Source of the DNA: Rhynchobatus australiae
Lineage: Eukaryota
DNA: 64,000 nucleotides
Assembly: GCA_034780895.1 (NCBI GenBank)
Contig: JAUZTB010000107.1
Coordinates: 92,559,898 to 92,623,897 of the forward strand
Direction of reading: 5' to 3'
In this document: positions 52,331 to 64,000 of the stretch, one piece after another
Layout of the letters: each line of letters starts with the position of its first letter
How positions within the stretch are numbered: position 1 is the stretch's first letter
Translations under genes and position numbers: made by a program
The notes under the pieces: generated by a model
Database searches by the model: none
The model's input: only the letters and a program-made list of their open reading frames with translations
Told to the model about the DNA's origin: nothing

Positions 52331-53626
52331 AACCAGGTTGGTTGATGCAGAGAGCATCTGGGTGGCAAAAAATTCCATTGGCCAAGCATTCATTAATATC
52401 AGTACACATATCTCCATTTTCTGAAAAACCAGTGTTACAAACACACTGGAAAGACCCAGCAGTATTAATGCATATCTGATCTTTCCGACAAATTGTACTG
52501 CCTGAGCACTCATCAATATCATTACAGTTTTGTCCATCTCCAGTAAAACCAGAATCACAGAGACACAGATAGGAACCCTCTTTATTCAGGCAAAGGGCAT
52601 TGCTGTGGCATGTGTTGTTATCTGCGTTGCATTCATTAACATCTGTGCACTCCGTTCCATTTCCAATAAATCCATCTAAGCACTGGCAATCAAATGAACC
52701 CAAAATATTGAAGCAGGTAGCATATTTGTGGCAGTCAGATGAATTTGTTGTACATTCATCAACATCAATACATTCAGTCCCATTACTTTCAAAACCAGCC
52801 TCACAGTGGCATTCAAATGATCCCAAAGTATTAATGCAATATGAGTCAAAATGACATTGGAAAGATATATTAGACAGAAGGCATTCATTTATATCTTCAC
52901 AGTATGATCCATTTCCTATAAAACCTTCATTGCACAGACATGTATAGGAAGCTTCAGTGTTAATACAGGTACTGTAAATGTGACATATGGTGTCATTTTT
53001 AACACACTCATTTATGTCAAAGCACAAAATTCCATTTCCTTCATACCCTGCTCCGCATTCACAATGGTAGGCTCCAATGGTGTTGATGCAGGTTGCTTTT
53101 TCATGACATATATCCAGAGCACAATCATCAATGTCAATGCAGTCTGTTTCATTTCCTGAAAATCCAGATTTACAACTACAGTAGAATGAACCTTGTACGT
53201 TGATGCAGTTTGCATTCTGATGACAAATTGTCTGATTATAACATTCATTAATGTCCAAGCACAGTCCTTCAGCACTTACAAATCCATTTCTACAAGTACA
53301 TAAGTAGGATCCAAGAGTGTTGTCGCAGTCTGCATTTCTGTCACATATGGAAAGTATCTCACACTCATCAATATCCACACAATTGAATCCATCTCCATAG
53401 AAGCCTTCGTGGCATTCACACTGGAATGATCCCTCTGTATTTTTGCATGTGGCAGAATCATTGCAGGAAGTAGTCGTATTGCCAAGGGCACATTCATCGA
53501 TATCCAAGCATTCAGTTCCATTGCCAGTGAACCCATGAGGACAGATGCAGTAGAAAGACCCAGCTGTATTGTTGCACATTGCAAAAGGATGACATCCTCC
53601 CTTGTGACTTTGGCATTCATCAATGT
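52297..53626 (-). CDS. Large exon encoding 10 complete plus 1 truncated calcium-binding EGF-like domains (fibrillin/ADGRE/uromodulin-type extracellular protein; gene not identified)
   Basis: The open frame 52293..53705 has repeats of D[IV][DN]EC-x-C-x-C-xN-x-GS[FY]xCxC-x-G[FY]-x-C, with all six Cys in repeats 1-10 and about 13 N-x-S/T sequons. Phase-1 acceptor ...attatAG|AC ATT GAT GAA TGC (AG at 53628-53627), the usual EGF exon phase. It ends at donor GG|GTGAGT (52296-52291) or at stop TGA (52295-52293). Confidence 0.85.
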
Positions 53627-56600
53627 CTATAATTTTTATTGAAATGGATAGAATGAGGTACAACAAACATAAAGTGGATAACAATTTCTTTAGAGTTTTG
53701 TTCAAAAGTAAAAAAATCTGTATTCAGATATCATGGAAATAGTTCAGAGACTGTTAGGAAGGCAAGTATGAGAATTTCATAAATTATAACATTAATATTG
53801 ATGTGGGAATCTACTGAGCACAATATTTGCATTTGTATATGTAAAATGTATGTATAATTGCTATTTATTCCATTATTTCCTTTTCTGAGCCCACAAATAA
53901 TAGCGATCTCTAAGCCATGGTGTGATTCTGTGATCACCCCTGTATATATGCACATAATTTTTCTATGTAAACTATGTTACAATGTCAAATGATGTTTGGA
54001 TAAGTTTTGCAGTTAGNNNNNNNNNNNNNNNNNNNNNNNNNNNNNNNNNNNNNNNNNNNNNNNNNNNNNNNNNNNNNNNNNNNNNNNNNNNNNNNNNNNN
54101 NNNNNNNNNNNNNNNNTCACTCTGTCTCCGGTTAACATAACTTCAAAGGTTCTGGGACTGCAGACACACTCAAAATATGTAACATTCATTGTTAGGGACT
54201 GGAATTCTGCTCTGCATAGAATTGTAGTTAGGGCCATAAACAAGGCGCTGCCTAGCTGGAACTGATTCTGTAGCTACTGGTCTTAACCCAGTAACTGCAA
54301 AATAAACAGTCTTCCAGGATTCTTTGCAGAGCCATGCTTACACAGGCTGTGAGAAGTTATGGACTGATTCAGTTCAGCATGTACCCAGTATCACTTTGAT
54401 GACAGGTGCACTCTGCATTTGCTCTTAACTCCTCCAGGTGCCCATCACTGACAACTACCTTCCTTTAAAAATTGTCTTATGTTCCAGTGTTGTTCATCTG
54501 TACAATGTGTACATTCCCATGTATCCAGGTACATTTTTTGACTGTGGATATTTAGGAGTGAAAACCTACACAATAGTCATTATTCTTCTTGAACTCACAC
54601 ATTGTGTTTGATTGTTGTCTTTTAGTCTATCTTAGGTGATTCACTGTTTCATAATAAGTTTAAAAACAAGCAGCAGTCATTGCAAATAGTAATATGACCA
54701 ACGGGGAGAAAAAACCTTTGTTTAACATTTCAAAATTAATACAAGGACGAGAATCAGCATTAGGTTTGCTTCTTCACAAGTTCACTTTACATCTGAGATA
54801 TGCAAACCCTACTCCGTCATTAAGTGCAACTAAACAGAAACGGTTCTGGAAACTGATGGCCACATTGGAGTCCCCTTGGAAATCTGACAAAACTCCTTCA
54901 ACCCGAGTGTAATAAGGAATATCAGGCATTTATTAATGGGCCATGCATGCATTGCCAGATACCAGCAGATGGCAGTTGTAACCAGTTTCCAAAGATCTAC
55001 ATAATTGAAACCAGGACTCATTCTCAACCATATAAAAGTAAACCCCATTATCTCTAAGGCACTTGATAATGAAATAAGATTTTAATATCTATACGAAGGT
55101 CAATGGCTTAATCCAAAAAAAGATTTCTGGCTTGAAATCATCAGCAAGGTCTTGGCACTAATAGTGAGGACATTTTGATTACAAGCAAGAGGGCTTAATG
55201 TTTATGAGTGTCTATTCTAACTTCTTATAGATATTATGATTGGGCCTTGTCAAATTCACATACTCTATACTTAAAAACTGCTGGGATTCATTGACCTGTT
55301 GCAGTTTCACACCTTCTCTATTTAAGCATTGAGAAGGTCCTTCAGAAAGAGATCCCTCCAGTTCACGATCATACCTTCTGGTAAGTATCAGGTAAGTTTG
55401 GGTGTAACATGCACTCAATAAGCACAAAGAACACTCGACTTAGTGACTCTAGAGTCAAACAGAGTTCATTATCTCTCCTTGTTTAATGTTTAACCAATAC
55501 CAACCTTTTGTAAAGTGTTATCTAGAATACTATTTCTGCATTGGCCAGTATCTTTGTCTTCTTTTGACATAAGATATCTTTTGCTCACAAATACTGTTGA
55601 ATAGCTGTTTGACAAGCCCTCCTGGAGTGACAGAGCAAACAAATCAAAAACATTCTTTGCAACTTTTATATCAGGCTTTTAAAAGACAGCAATCTCCTTC
55701 CTCAACATTCTGGAGGTCAAAAACAAATGAAAATGACAGGATAAACAAATCATTTTTGTAAGAAAGCCATGATACTTGTACAAAAAAAAACATAGAACTA
55801 GCCAGAGTGCAGCTAGAAACAGATGAAAAGCAATCAACTAACCTGTTGCACAAAGCAAACAGATTCTTTTTACTGCTAATTCTAAAACACTTGCTTCAGA
55901 GTGAATCATGTACGCCACAACAGATTTATATACCCAGGGCCAATTTGTCAGCTACATTTCAGAATAGCCGCTGCCAATTTTAGAACATTACATCGGAATG
56001 TCTGTCTCAAGGAAAGCAGTTTTTTTTCCTTTGCTAACCTGGCAGCCATGTTCTTGCTGACACCAGTCAATGTTCTTTACTGATTGATTGGGATATAAAA
56101 ACACTGATTAGAATCACCAATCGATTCCCAGGCCCATCTTAATGCTCCAGGATTAAATTGGTGTCTGATGAGCAAGGTTTGTGTTTTACTTCCAAAATAT
56201 AAATTTAAGTTCAAGTTTGCTTTGACAACTTTCTTGTTAAATTACCACTAAAGTATCTTGTGAATTTCCATTTTAAGTGTAGCATTCGTATGGAGAGCAT
56301 AGCAGTTTACCTAATTAATTTAGTTTGCCATCAATATAAATATTGCTTTTGCTCTCAACCCATCTAGAAACCACATTAAAATAATAATAAATGCAGTTGA
56401 ACTGCTTAAGTGTAGGGATATCGCTGGGAAAAGCAATACCATGCCAGACCTGTGAAATCATCTATCAGTTCCCTGGTCTGACCTCTGTGGCAGTAAGGCA
56501 ACCCCTTAACATCAGGCATCCAATACACTGTCCCCCTAATCCAAACCCATTAGATTTCACCAGACCATGGTGCCAGATGGTTTTGGAGTTATTGAACGTC

Positions 56601-59110
56601 TGTGGTATCACTCTGAAGGAGGTCATATGGGGGACACTAACATATGAATAAGAACATTTTATTGGGAGAAACAGACAGATCTTCAGATTGATGTGGTTGT
56701 TCTTGAGAGAAATAGATTCCCTCCTTGGGTGTTTTTAACATGTTAGCAGTTATTAATTCTGCAGGAAAATGGAGGTACGTTGTCCATTATTTGAATGCCT
56801 GCCTGGTTTAACAGCTGAATTTTAGTAATTTTCTATTCTCCTTCCTGATGACCTTTGTTCTGTCAGTATACCTGACTCGCATAATATGAGTGACTAAATT
56901 TTATTTGGTGTGGCCCATAGATTGTAGAGAAGATGGTGCACGTAAAATCTGCTGTACATACATCAAAGTATTGTGAAGACTATCTCTGTCATTGACTAGA
57001 GAGAATTATTGCTTTGAAAAGGCACTGCACCCTTGTGATATCACACAGCAAAGTTCATGTACCAACTGAGCAATGTCACTGTGTCAATCAAACAGCAATG
57101 CCAGTGTATCACAAAATTTATCCCCTGTTAGGAAACTGTTTACTTCAATGATAAATAATAAAAATGTGACCAAAATGAAAGTGGAAGCTTTGGACAACGA
57201 TGGAATGTAACTGCAGTGTTTGAAACAGAAAGTTCTAGAAACAACACAGTCTGAATATTTCCTTCAGAAGGGCAATGTTTTGGGAAATATTATTTGAAAG
57301 TAAAAGGCAAACAGTAAAAAAAGTAAAAAAATTCATGTCTGGTCAGAAACACTGCACTGCACTGAAGCATTTTCATGCTGCACTCCACCTTCAAAATTCA
57401 TTCCATTGCTTTTGGAGATTTAAAAGTAATATTTAGATGCAAACAGACCTCTTGTAGCATTCCACATGGTTAGTCAGACAATATACTGTTTGATATGACA
57501 GAATGTTTCAGACCATGTAGGATACAGTATAATACTGTCATTGTCATTTCTTTATAAATACTAAACATGTGAAATTTAAAGTCTTTGCACAGCAGTTGTG
57601 GGAGTCAAATTCATTGAATGTCAATTTTTCTATGAAACCTCTAATTTATTGTCCTCAATTATTATTCAAAAGAGATTACCCTCAATAATTTACTTTCAGC
57701 GTTTAGCTCTTAAATTGTGTGTAGCCAAATATAGCAGNNNNNNNNNNCATTAGTTTTAGCAGTACAGGTTTAAAAATTGATATTCATAAAAACACCAAGG
57801 AAACTTCTCCACTCTCTATATGACATGGGTAGAAGTTCTTGGATGCCTCCCTGAGAAGACAATCTGGGTATGCTTCAAACTCTCACCCAACACATCCAAA
57901 CTTGAGCACTCTTTCAGTGCTGTGTTCAGTCTTAAGGTTACAGGCTTAATTCCTGCAGGAAGCCTTGAACATTTATGGCTTAAATTGTTTTTCTGACTTT
58001 TTAAACAGCATCTGAATTCCTGAATTTGTTTAATGTTATGCCATCTAAAACCAGACATCAGCTATGCAAATGGTGAAGTTTCAACTGGGGAGTAAATTTG
58101 TTGACATTGTCTCTTTAAAATAATAATATTTCTTCACCCAGTAGAGAAGAAAGATACAAGTTCACACCTGAGAGAAATCAACATGTCACACTGTGTACAC
58201 AGATAAGTTCTTTTAACTTTTCAACTCTGCAAAGTCATTATGAATCATAATCAACTATGGAGACAGTGGACTTTAAGATCAACAGATCAAATATTTGTCT
58301 TAACTATTAAGATGTTTAAACTATTATGTTGAATGGTTGCCCTTCTCTCAGCAGATAGGTTCGACTGACACGTGTTGCCAAGGTTACATTAGGTATGTTC
58401 TACACATTGTGTATTTCTGCTATGCAATCAATCATATCTCCTGACAAATGATTTTCTGCAAGTGTTTTTTTCATTTATAATCTTTATTATTAAGGTGTAA
58501 GTGCAAATTATCTTAGAAAATGTGATAGTGAACAGCATGAAGAGCCATAATGAGAGATCCTGGACAAACTTGGACCTTGAATGTAACATGAGTGAGCTAG
58601 ATGTAACTGAATGATCTTGGGAATGTTGGACAATGTTAGGTGAAGGACTATTCAGTATAATGGGTGCTGTTATAATGGATGACTTATAATATAATCAGAC
58701 AGTGTTATAATGAGGTATGTGATCACATCAAGCTGTCAAATTAAACATGCAGGGTGTAATAAAGCTGTAAAAACGTCATATTTGCAGAAAAACAGCCTTA
58801 TGTTCCACCTGTGCCTCCTCTTCTTTGTCTAACAACTTAACATTTCTACTATTTTTTTCCTAACTCTTAGCCAGCTTCTCTTTAAATGCATCTACATTAT
58901 TCAACAAGTGCTTGTTGTAATTACTTCAACCTTCTAACTGTGCTCTAGTCAGAGGCATGTCAAATAATTATTAGAATGGGAAATATGGACTCTGTCAGAA
59001 TATCTTAATGAAGGCAGTGTAATATATATTAGACTGCATTATATTTATATCAGACAATGGTAAAAGCAATGGTATATAATCAGGAAGGCATAACAAAAGG
59101 AAATGGGAGA

Positions 59111-60496
59111 TGTCTCATGGTTCCGGGTACTGGCCCTCAATTTGGCTCCTTTGATGATGCCTTGTTGTACAGCACATGGATTCCATGCTTGACTGTATGC
59201 ATAATGGCACACACCTGAGCCCCATCAGGGGCCTAGCATAAGTACCTGGGTTTCTCTAGCACTAGTTGCCAGGGTATTGTTCAATCTTTGGGTATACTTT
59301 GGCTCCTGGCTGTTTAGAGCGGTCAACTCGAGAGCAGTCCTGCATTCTCTGTTCCTCTTTGGATATTCAGTTTGTGTTGGGATTCCTCCTCAGATCCCTG
59401 GGGCAAGATTCCTTTTAGTTGCTGCCTGTGTTTGGTCCTGAGGAAGTATCCTGACTCCAGTCACGTGCCAGTGTGCTACATTTGGGTTCTCTGTGAGCTT
59501 GTTCTTTGCTCAACATTGTGACAGTTATGTCCAAAGCTTAATACAAACTAATTTTTTGTACTTAATTGATACAAGTCCATGCGTTGCTTTGCTCTTCATT
59601 ATGAGGAAAAACAAGTTGTGGAATTGTATGAACATTAAGGCTATATTTCCTTGAACATTGTATTGCTGAAGAACTAGAGAAGGATCCAGGCAGCACAGGT
59701 TATAAAACTTTCTCTATTATGGGCATTTTTCTGGATGATTGGTGATGATTGAAGGCAGTGAGATCATAGGGAACAAAGGTGGTACAAAGCATGAATTAAT
59801 TAAATTCATAAGAAGCAAGAAATAAGGTCATGTGCTGGCATTATGGAGTCAGCTATCAAAATGACAATAGTAAAACTGAAAACAATTATAGTATAAGATT
59901 TTAATCATTAAAGCATCACTTAAATCACTTTTCCTGAGAACCATATGGAATTTCTGTTTATTTAACAGGTTAAAGGTTAATATTTTCCTGAAAATTAAAG
60001 TCCAATTACAATAGTCCAGAGGGATGGACTTTGAGAATTGATTCAAGATGGGTCAAATATTATTGAATTTTTGCCCATTCAGATCAGAGTCAAACATTAG
60101 CTCAGAAAACACTTGAACTTCTTTCTGATTCAATTCATTAAAACAAAAAGAAATTGATTCCAAATATTGGTTCCAAAAAAAATAAGGTTCTATTTGTATT
60201 TTGACCCAGAATTACATGAATGTTTTTTAGCATTTAGTTGTAAAGATGCATTCTATTTAAGTGCACTGTTTTTATTTGTTAGAAAGTGTTGATAAATGAA
60301 TCAAATATTTTACAATTTTTNNNNNNNNNNNNNNNNNNNNNNNNNNNNNNNNNNNNNNNNNNNNNNNNNNNNNNNNNNNNNNNNNNNNNNNNNNNNNNNN
60401 NNNNNNNNNNNNNNNNNNNNATCCTGACTCCAGTCTTGTACCAGTGTGCTACATTTGGGTTCTCTGTGAGCTTGCTCTTTGCTCAACATTGTGACA
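59111..60496. mobile_element. LTR-like element: two copies of a 76 bp terminus ending TGTGACA
   Basis: 59448-59523 versus 60421-60496 differ at 4 of 76 positions. The second copy starts at a 100 N gap. TG start at 59111 or 59118. Confidence 0.55.
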
Positions 60497-60649
60497 GTCT
60501 CAAAGTAAACAGAATATTATATTGATGATTCACTGGTCAGCCAATACAGTTTTATTCTCTGGACTTTCCCAAAATGTGCCAACATACCAGTTTATGTAAA
60601 GAGGGAGAAGGGGAAAAAATATCAATAAGAAGACTGGGGTAAGATGGAC

Positions 60650-61130
60650 AATTATGGAATGAAGGTAGTCATTCTGCCCATTCCACTCCTTTGATCCAAC
60701 TCATCCCACTCCCCCTCTCTTTCTCCATGGCACTTCAGATGTTTTCCTTTCGAGTATTTATTCAATCCTCCTTTGAAAGTTTATCATTGATCTTGTTCCT
60801 CCACCCTTCCTGGCACCACTTTCTGGATCACAATACTTCACTGTGTAAGGAACATTTCCTTATGTTGACTCTGAATCTTTTGCCAATCACATTACACCAG
60901 TGTTCTTTGGTTGCCAACTCTTCTGCTGCTGGAAACATCCTTTGCTTATTCACTTCATCAATCCCTTCTTGGTTATGACCACTTCTATCTTAGATTTTCT
61001 CAATCTCCTTGCTCCAAGGCAAATAGATATTTTTTCCTGTCTCCACATAAATGGAGTCCTGTATTCCCTGTTGACATTCTAATAAGTCTCTCCTCCAGCA
61101 GCTCTAAGCTTTTGACATTCTTCTGAAAAT
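60650..61130 (-). mobile_element. Degenerate CR1 3' end
   Basis: Resembles the minus-strand CR1 ends at 32030-32430 and 39600-39830. Confidence 0.5.
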
Positions 61131-63849
61131 GCTGAGGGACATTACATCAGCTGTGCCCAGCTACACTGTTTCTAGGCTTTGCTTCTCTTCAGTGGACATT
61201 GCAATGGTTCTTCTGCACTACTGGTACCCTTCTACCCCATCACCTCAGTAGTGCACCTCATGCCAGAACAAGAGGATTGAGATTGGCATTGATTAAAATA
61301 ATCCAGTAAATCGTTCCTACACTGTCCTAAAATCTTGACATTTTCCTAAAGTTCGGCCATAATACTCCATCTGAGACCTAATCAGTGTTTTGGAAGTGTT
61401 TAGCAGCTCTTGTGATGTATGCCACAATTAAAAAAGACAACAATTCCAGCAAAAGCTGTTTAAAAACTTCGAAGATGTGTGCACATTCACCCACCTCCAC
61501 ATTTCCCTGCTCCTACACCCACTTTGTCACAATAGTGGGGCAAAGACAAGGAGCGAAAGCAGATCAGGGGAGGCAGAGACATAATGTGGACAATGAAGCA
61601 CTCACAAGGGGCTGGCACGTCAGTTCACTTCTAAGGCAAATAGAGTATAGCCCATTCACTTGATGGTTGCCTTTCGTGATCTGCCTCAGCTCTCCTGCGA
61701 GTCTGTTGCTGGTTTCCCTCTGAGTGGAAATCTTTAGTTCATAGGAAAGCAGGAATGTTAGCTGCAGTTTTTTTTTGCTTCCTTGACTATGTGCACAAAA
61801 TTCATTCATCATCAACGGCAAGTAACAAACTCAACAGAGCAAAATCTGAGTGCTTTTAACATTCTCACTTGTATCGAGTAGCTGGCAGGAGTCCAGATTC
61901 ACATTATCACAAAGTATTTAATAGAATTGTTTCAGTCTTTAATGGTCTCATCAACAGAAATAGGTAGATGCAGGAGAAAGGAAGAGACTGAATGGAGGCA
62001 GCACGGTAGCAGATTTGTCACTGTCTTATCAGTGCTATTAGATTGCCGAAACATGCAGAGAAAAATCGATTGAGAGTTTATAGCACATCAAAATGTTTTT
62101 TGTCTTTAACGTTGACAATTGAATTAATTTGCTATTGTTCAAAGTATCTTAATGTATCGATTTTGCTAGGGGCTCGGTGTAATTCATTTTAACGTTTCCC
62201 CCACAAGGCCCACCAAGACCCAGCAGGGTGCAACCTGCACTCAGTGTGTTTAATTTACAGATTTAGCTCATTTACCACCATCCTCACTGCTCATTCACAG
62301 GCCAATTCACAGCAAAGAGTGACAACAATCATCAGGCAAGCGTGCAAGGAGAAAGAAGAATTGCTGGCAATGGGAATATATAAGCCCGATGCAGATGTGT
62401 AGCAATGGTACCCATGTAGGAATGGGGACACTGCACTGGAGTACAAGAAATCTGCTATTTTTGCATCTTTGCAAATGGTGCAAAAGGGGCAGAGAATCGG
62501 ACCAGCAGAAACGAATTACAAGATTTGATGCCGGATGTTCTGTTTTGGCCAATCCTTCACTCTACTCATTAGTTCCAGGTTTGACCAGCCCTGAAAAACT
62601 TGCAGTAAACAGACAGAGTGTCATTTTAAATGTAGAGATAAAACCAAAGAGGCTCATCTCCAAAAATACAAGGAAATTAGAAGGCACACAAGTCCAGCAA
62701 ATGGCCAGGAGTTTGGAAAAAGATCACCGTCGCCAAAATAATGGCTTTTTATCTTGATGAGGATTTTAAGAAACCTTCCCTCTTCTCTCATTTCCTGAGT
62801 GAGTGATGACAAGGCAATCGTATATTTGTTTTGCCCATGAACATATTAAAAATGTTTTCCTCTTCCATATTATAATGCGTCATCAGGAAAAGAGCTTTCA
62901 ATCAGGCCTGCCTTTTCAAGAAGGACAGGGAAAAGGGTGAGATGAAGGATGGGAGTAATTGCAAAAAAGAGGCTGGTGAGAAACCAGAGAGAATCAGGGA
63001 GAATTCATAACACGAGAGAAGTAAACATGAAACAAGGAATGAAGGATAGAATTGTGAAAGTCTTAAAATATATGACAGATATTTAAGATTTTCCTTGTTT
63101 GTGTTGGATGTTCACAGTTTGTCTCCAACATTCTTTTCAATATATTATATTACATTAATTTCTCAATATAATGCAAGCATTACAAAGGAGTGATTTAAAC
63201 TTCCATTGGTTTAAGCACTGATGGATGGACGTTGAAGTGTTGGTTCCCTCTGTCATAAACTTGGACTACTTTACCTCTCATTAAAATGTGGAGATAAAAT
63301 ATCATTTATAGCAGCTGATGTCCTGGCTGATGCAGAGAGTCCTGTGAGTAAACATGATAAGATGTCTTGCAGGGCATTGATGTAATGACACTGTCCTTTT
63401 AATGATGAAATTGTAACCAGTTTCACAAGATCAAGAGGCAAAATGGCCTGGCAGAAGAGATTAAATTGTTTGTTTAAAGTGATATTTGCAAAAAAAAGTT
63501 CCTTTCTCCTTCCGGTGGGCGCCAGCTGATTCCTGAAACAGTTCTCTTCTTTTCTTCCACTGGAGATGTTGTTGCTCTGTTGGAGGTACCTGCACTTTCA
63601 GATGGAAGCAAAGGACCTCACAGCATTTGACTTAACCTGACGTCCAACATCTAGGTCAAGGTCTGTCTCTCAACAAAGATCACTAAAAAAAAAATTATCA
63701 CATTGTCACATTGATGTTTGTGGGATCAAGTTGCGTGCACATTGGCTGCCATATTTCCTACTTTGCAACTGAGATTATACTAAATTAGATTGGCTCTGGA
63801 ATGATTTGGGGTGTCCTGGCCTTCCAAGAGGACTGGGTTTCGAGAGGAC

Positions 63850-64000
63850 TGGGTTTCAAGAGGACATAAAAGCAAGGATGTACAGCTGAGGCTTTATAAG
63901 GCATTGGTCAGTCTGCATTTGGAATATTGTGAGCCCATTGTGGACCCCATATCTCAGGAGGGATGTGCTGGCCCTGGAGAGGGTCACAAGGAGGTTCACA
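63850..64000 (+). mobile_element. CR1 ORF2 fragment running off the window end
   Basis: LRLYKALVSLHLEYCEPIVDP...DVLALERVTRRFT. Confidence 0.85.

Noticed and set aside
53627-53705. Signal-peptide-like N-terminus (MNKTLKKLLSTLCLLYLILSISIKII) on the EGF ORF
   Set aside because: It starts at TTG, not ATG. The hydrophobicity reflects the T-rich intron tract, and a phase-1 acceptor sits exactly at the first EGF boundary.
62307-62757. Overlapping 81-122 aa ORFs
   Set aside because: No homology recognised and no clear splice signals.
63828-63865. Tandem 16 bp duplication gaggactgggtttc(g/a)a
   Set aside because: Local slippage at a CR1 boundary, with only two units.
1-64000. CRISPR arrays, rRNA or prokaryotic operons
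   Set aside because: None seen. The window is eukaryotic, repeat-rich DNA.

Overview
AT-rich, gene-poor vertebrate DNA. The repeat content (HE1-like V-SINEs, Deu-domain SINEs, CR1, Rex1/Babar, Penelope-like and Harbinger remnants) points to a cartilaginous fish (shark or ray); this is inferred, not shown. The draft assembly has 12 N-gaps. The only clearly coding sequence is a 1.33 kb minus-strand exon (about 52297-53626) encoding 10.5 tandem calcium-binding EGF domains with no introns. Its last EGF runs in frame into a decayed CR1 reverse-transcriptase fragment, which supplies both a stop codon and a GTGAGT donor. A few weak candidate exons occur elsewhere. Most other ORFs in the track are transposon debris or chance. 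Other notable features: minimal hammerhead-ribozyme cores in Penelope-derived termini, two V-SINE subfamilies with different LINE-derived tails, an LTR/TRIM-like structure and a degenerate ~45 bp minisatellite. Repeat boundaries were read by eye and are approximate (tens of bp). No database searches were run.
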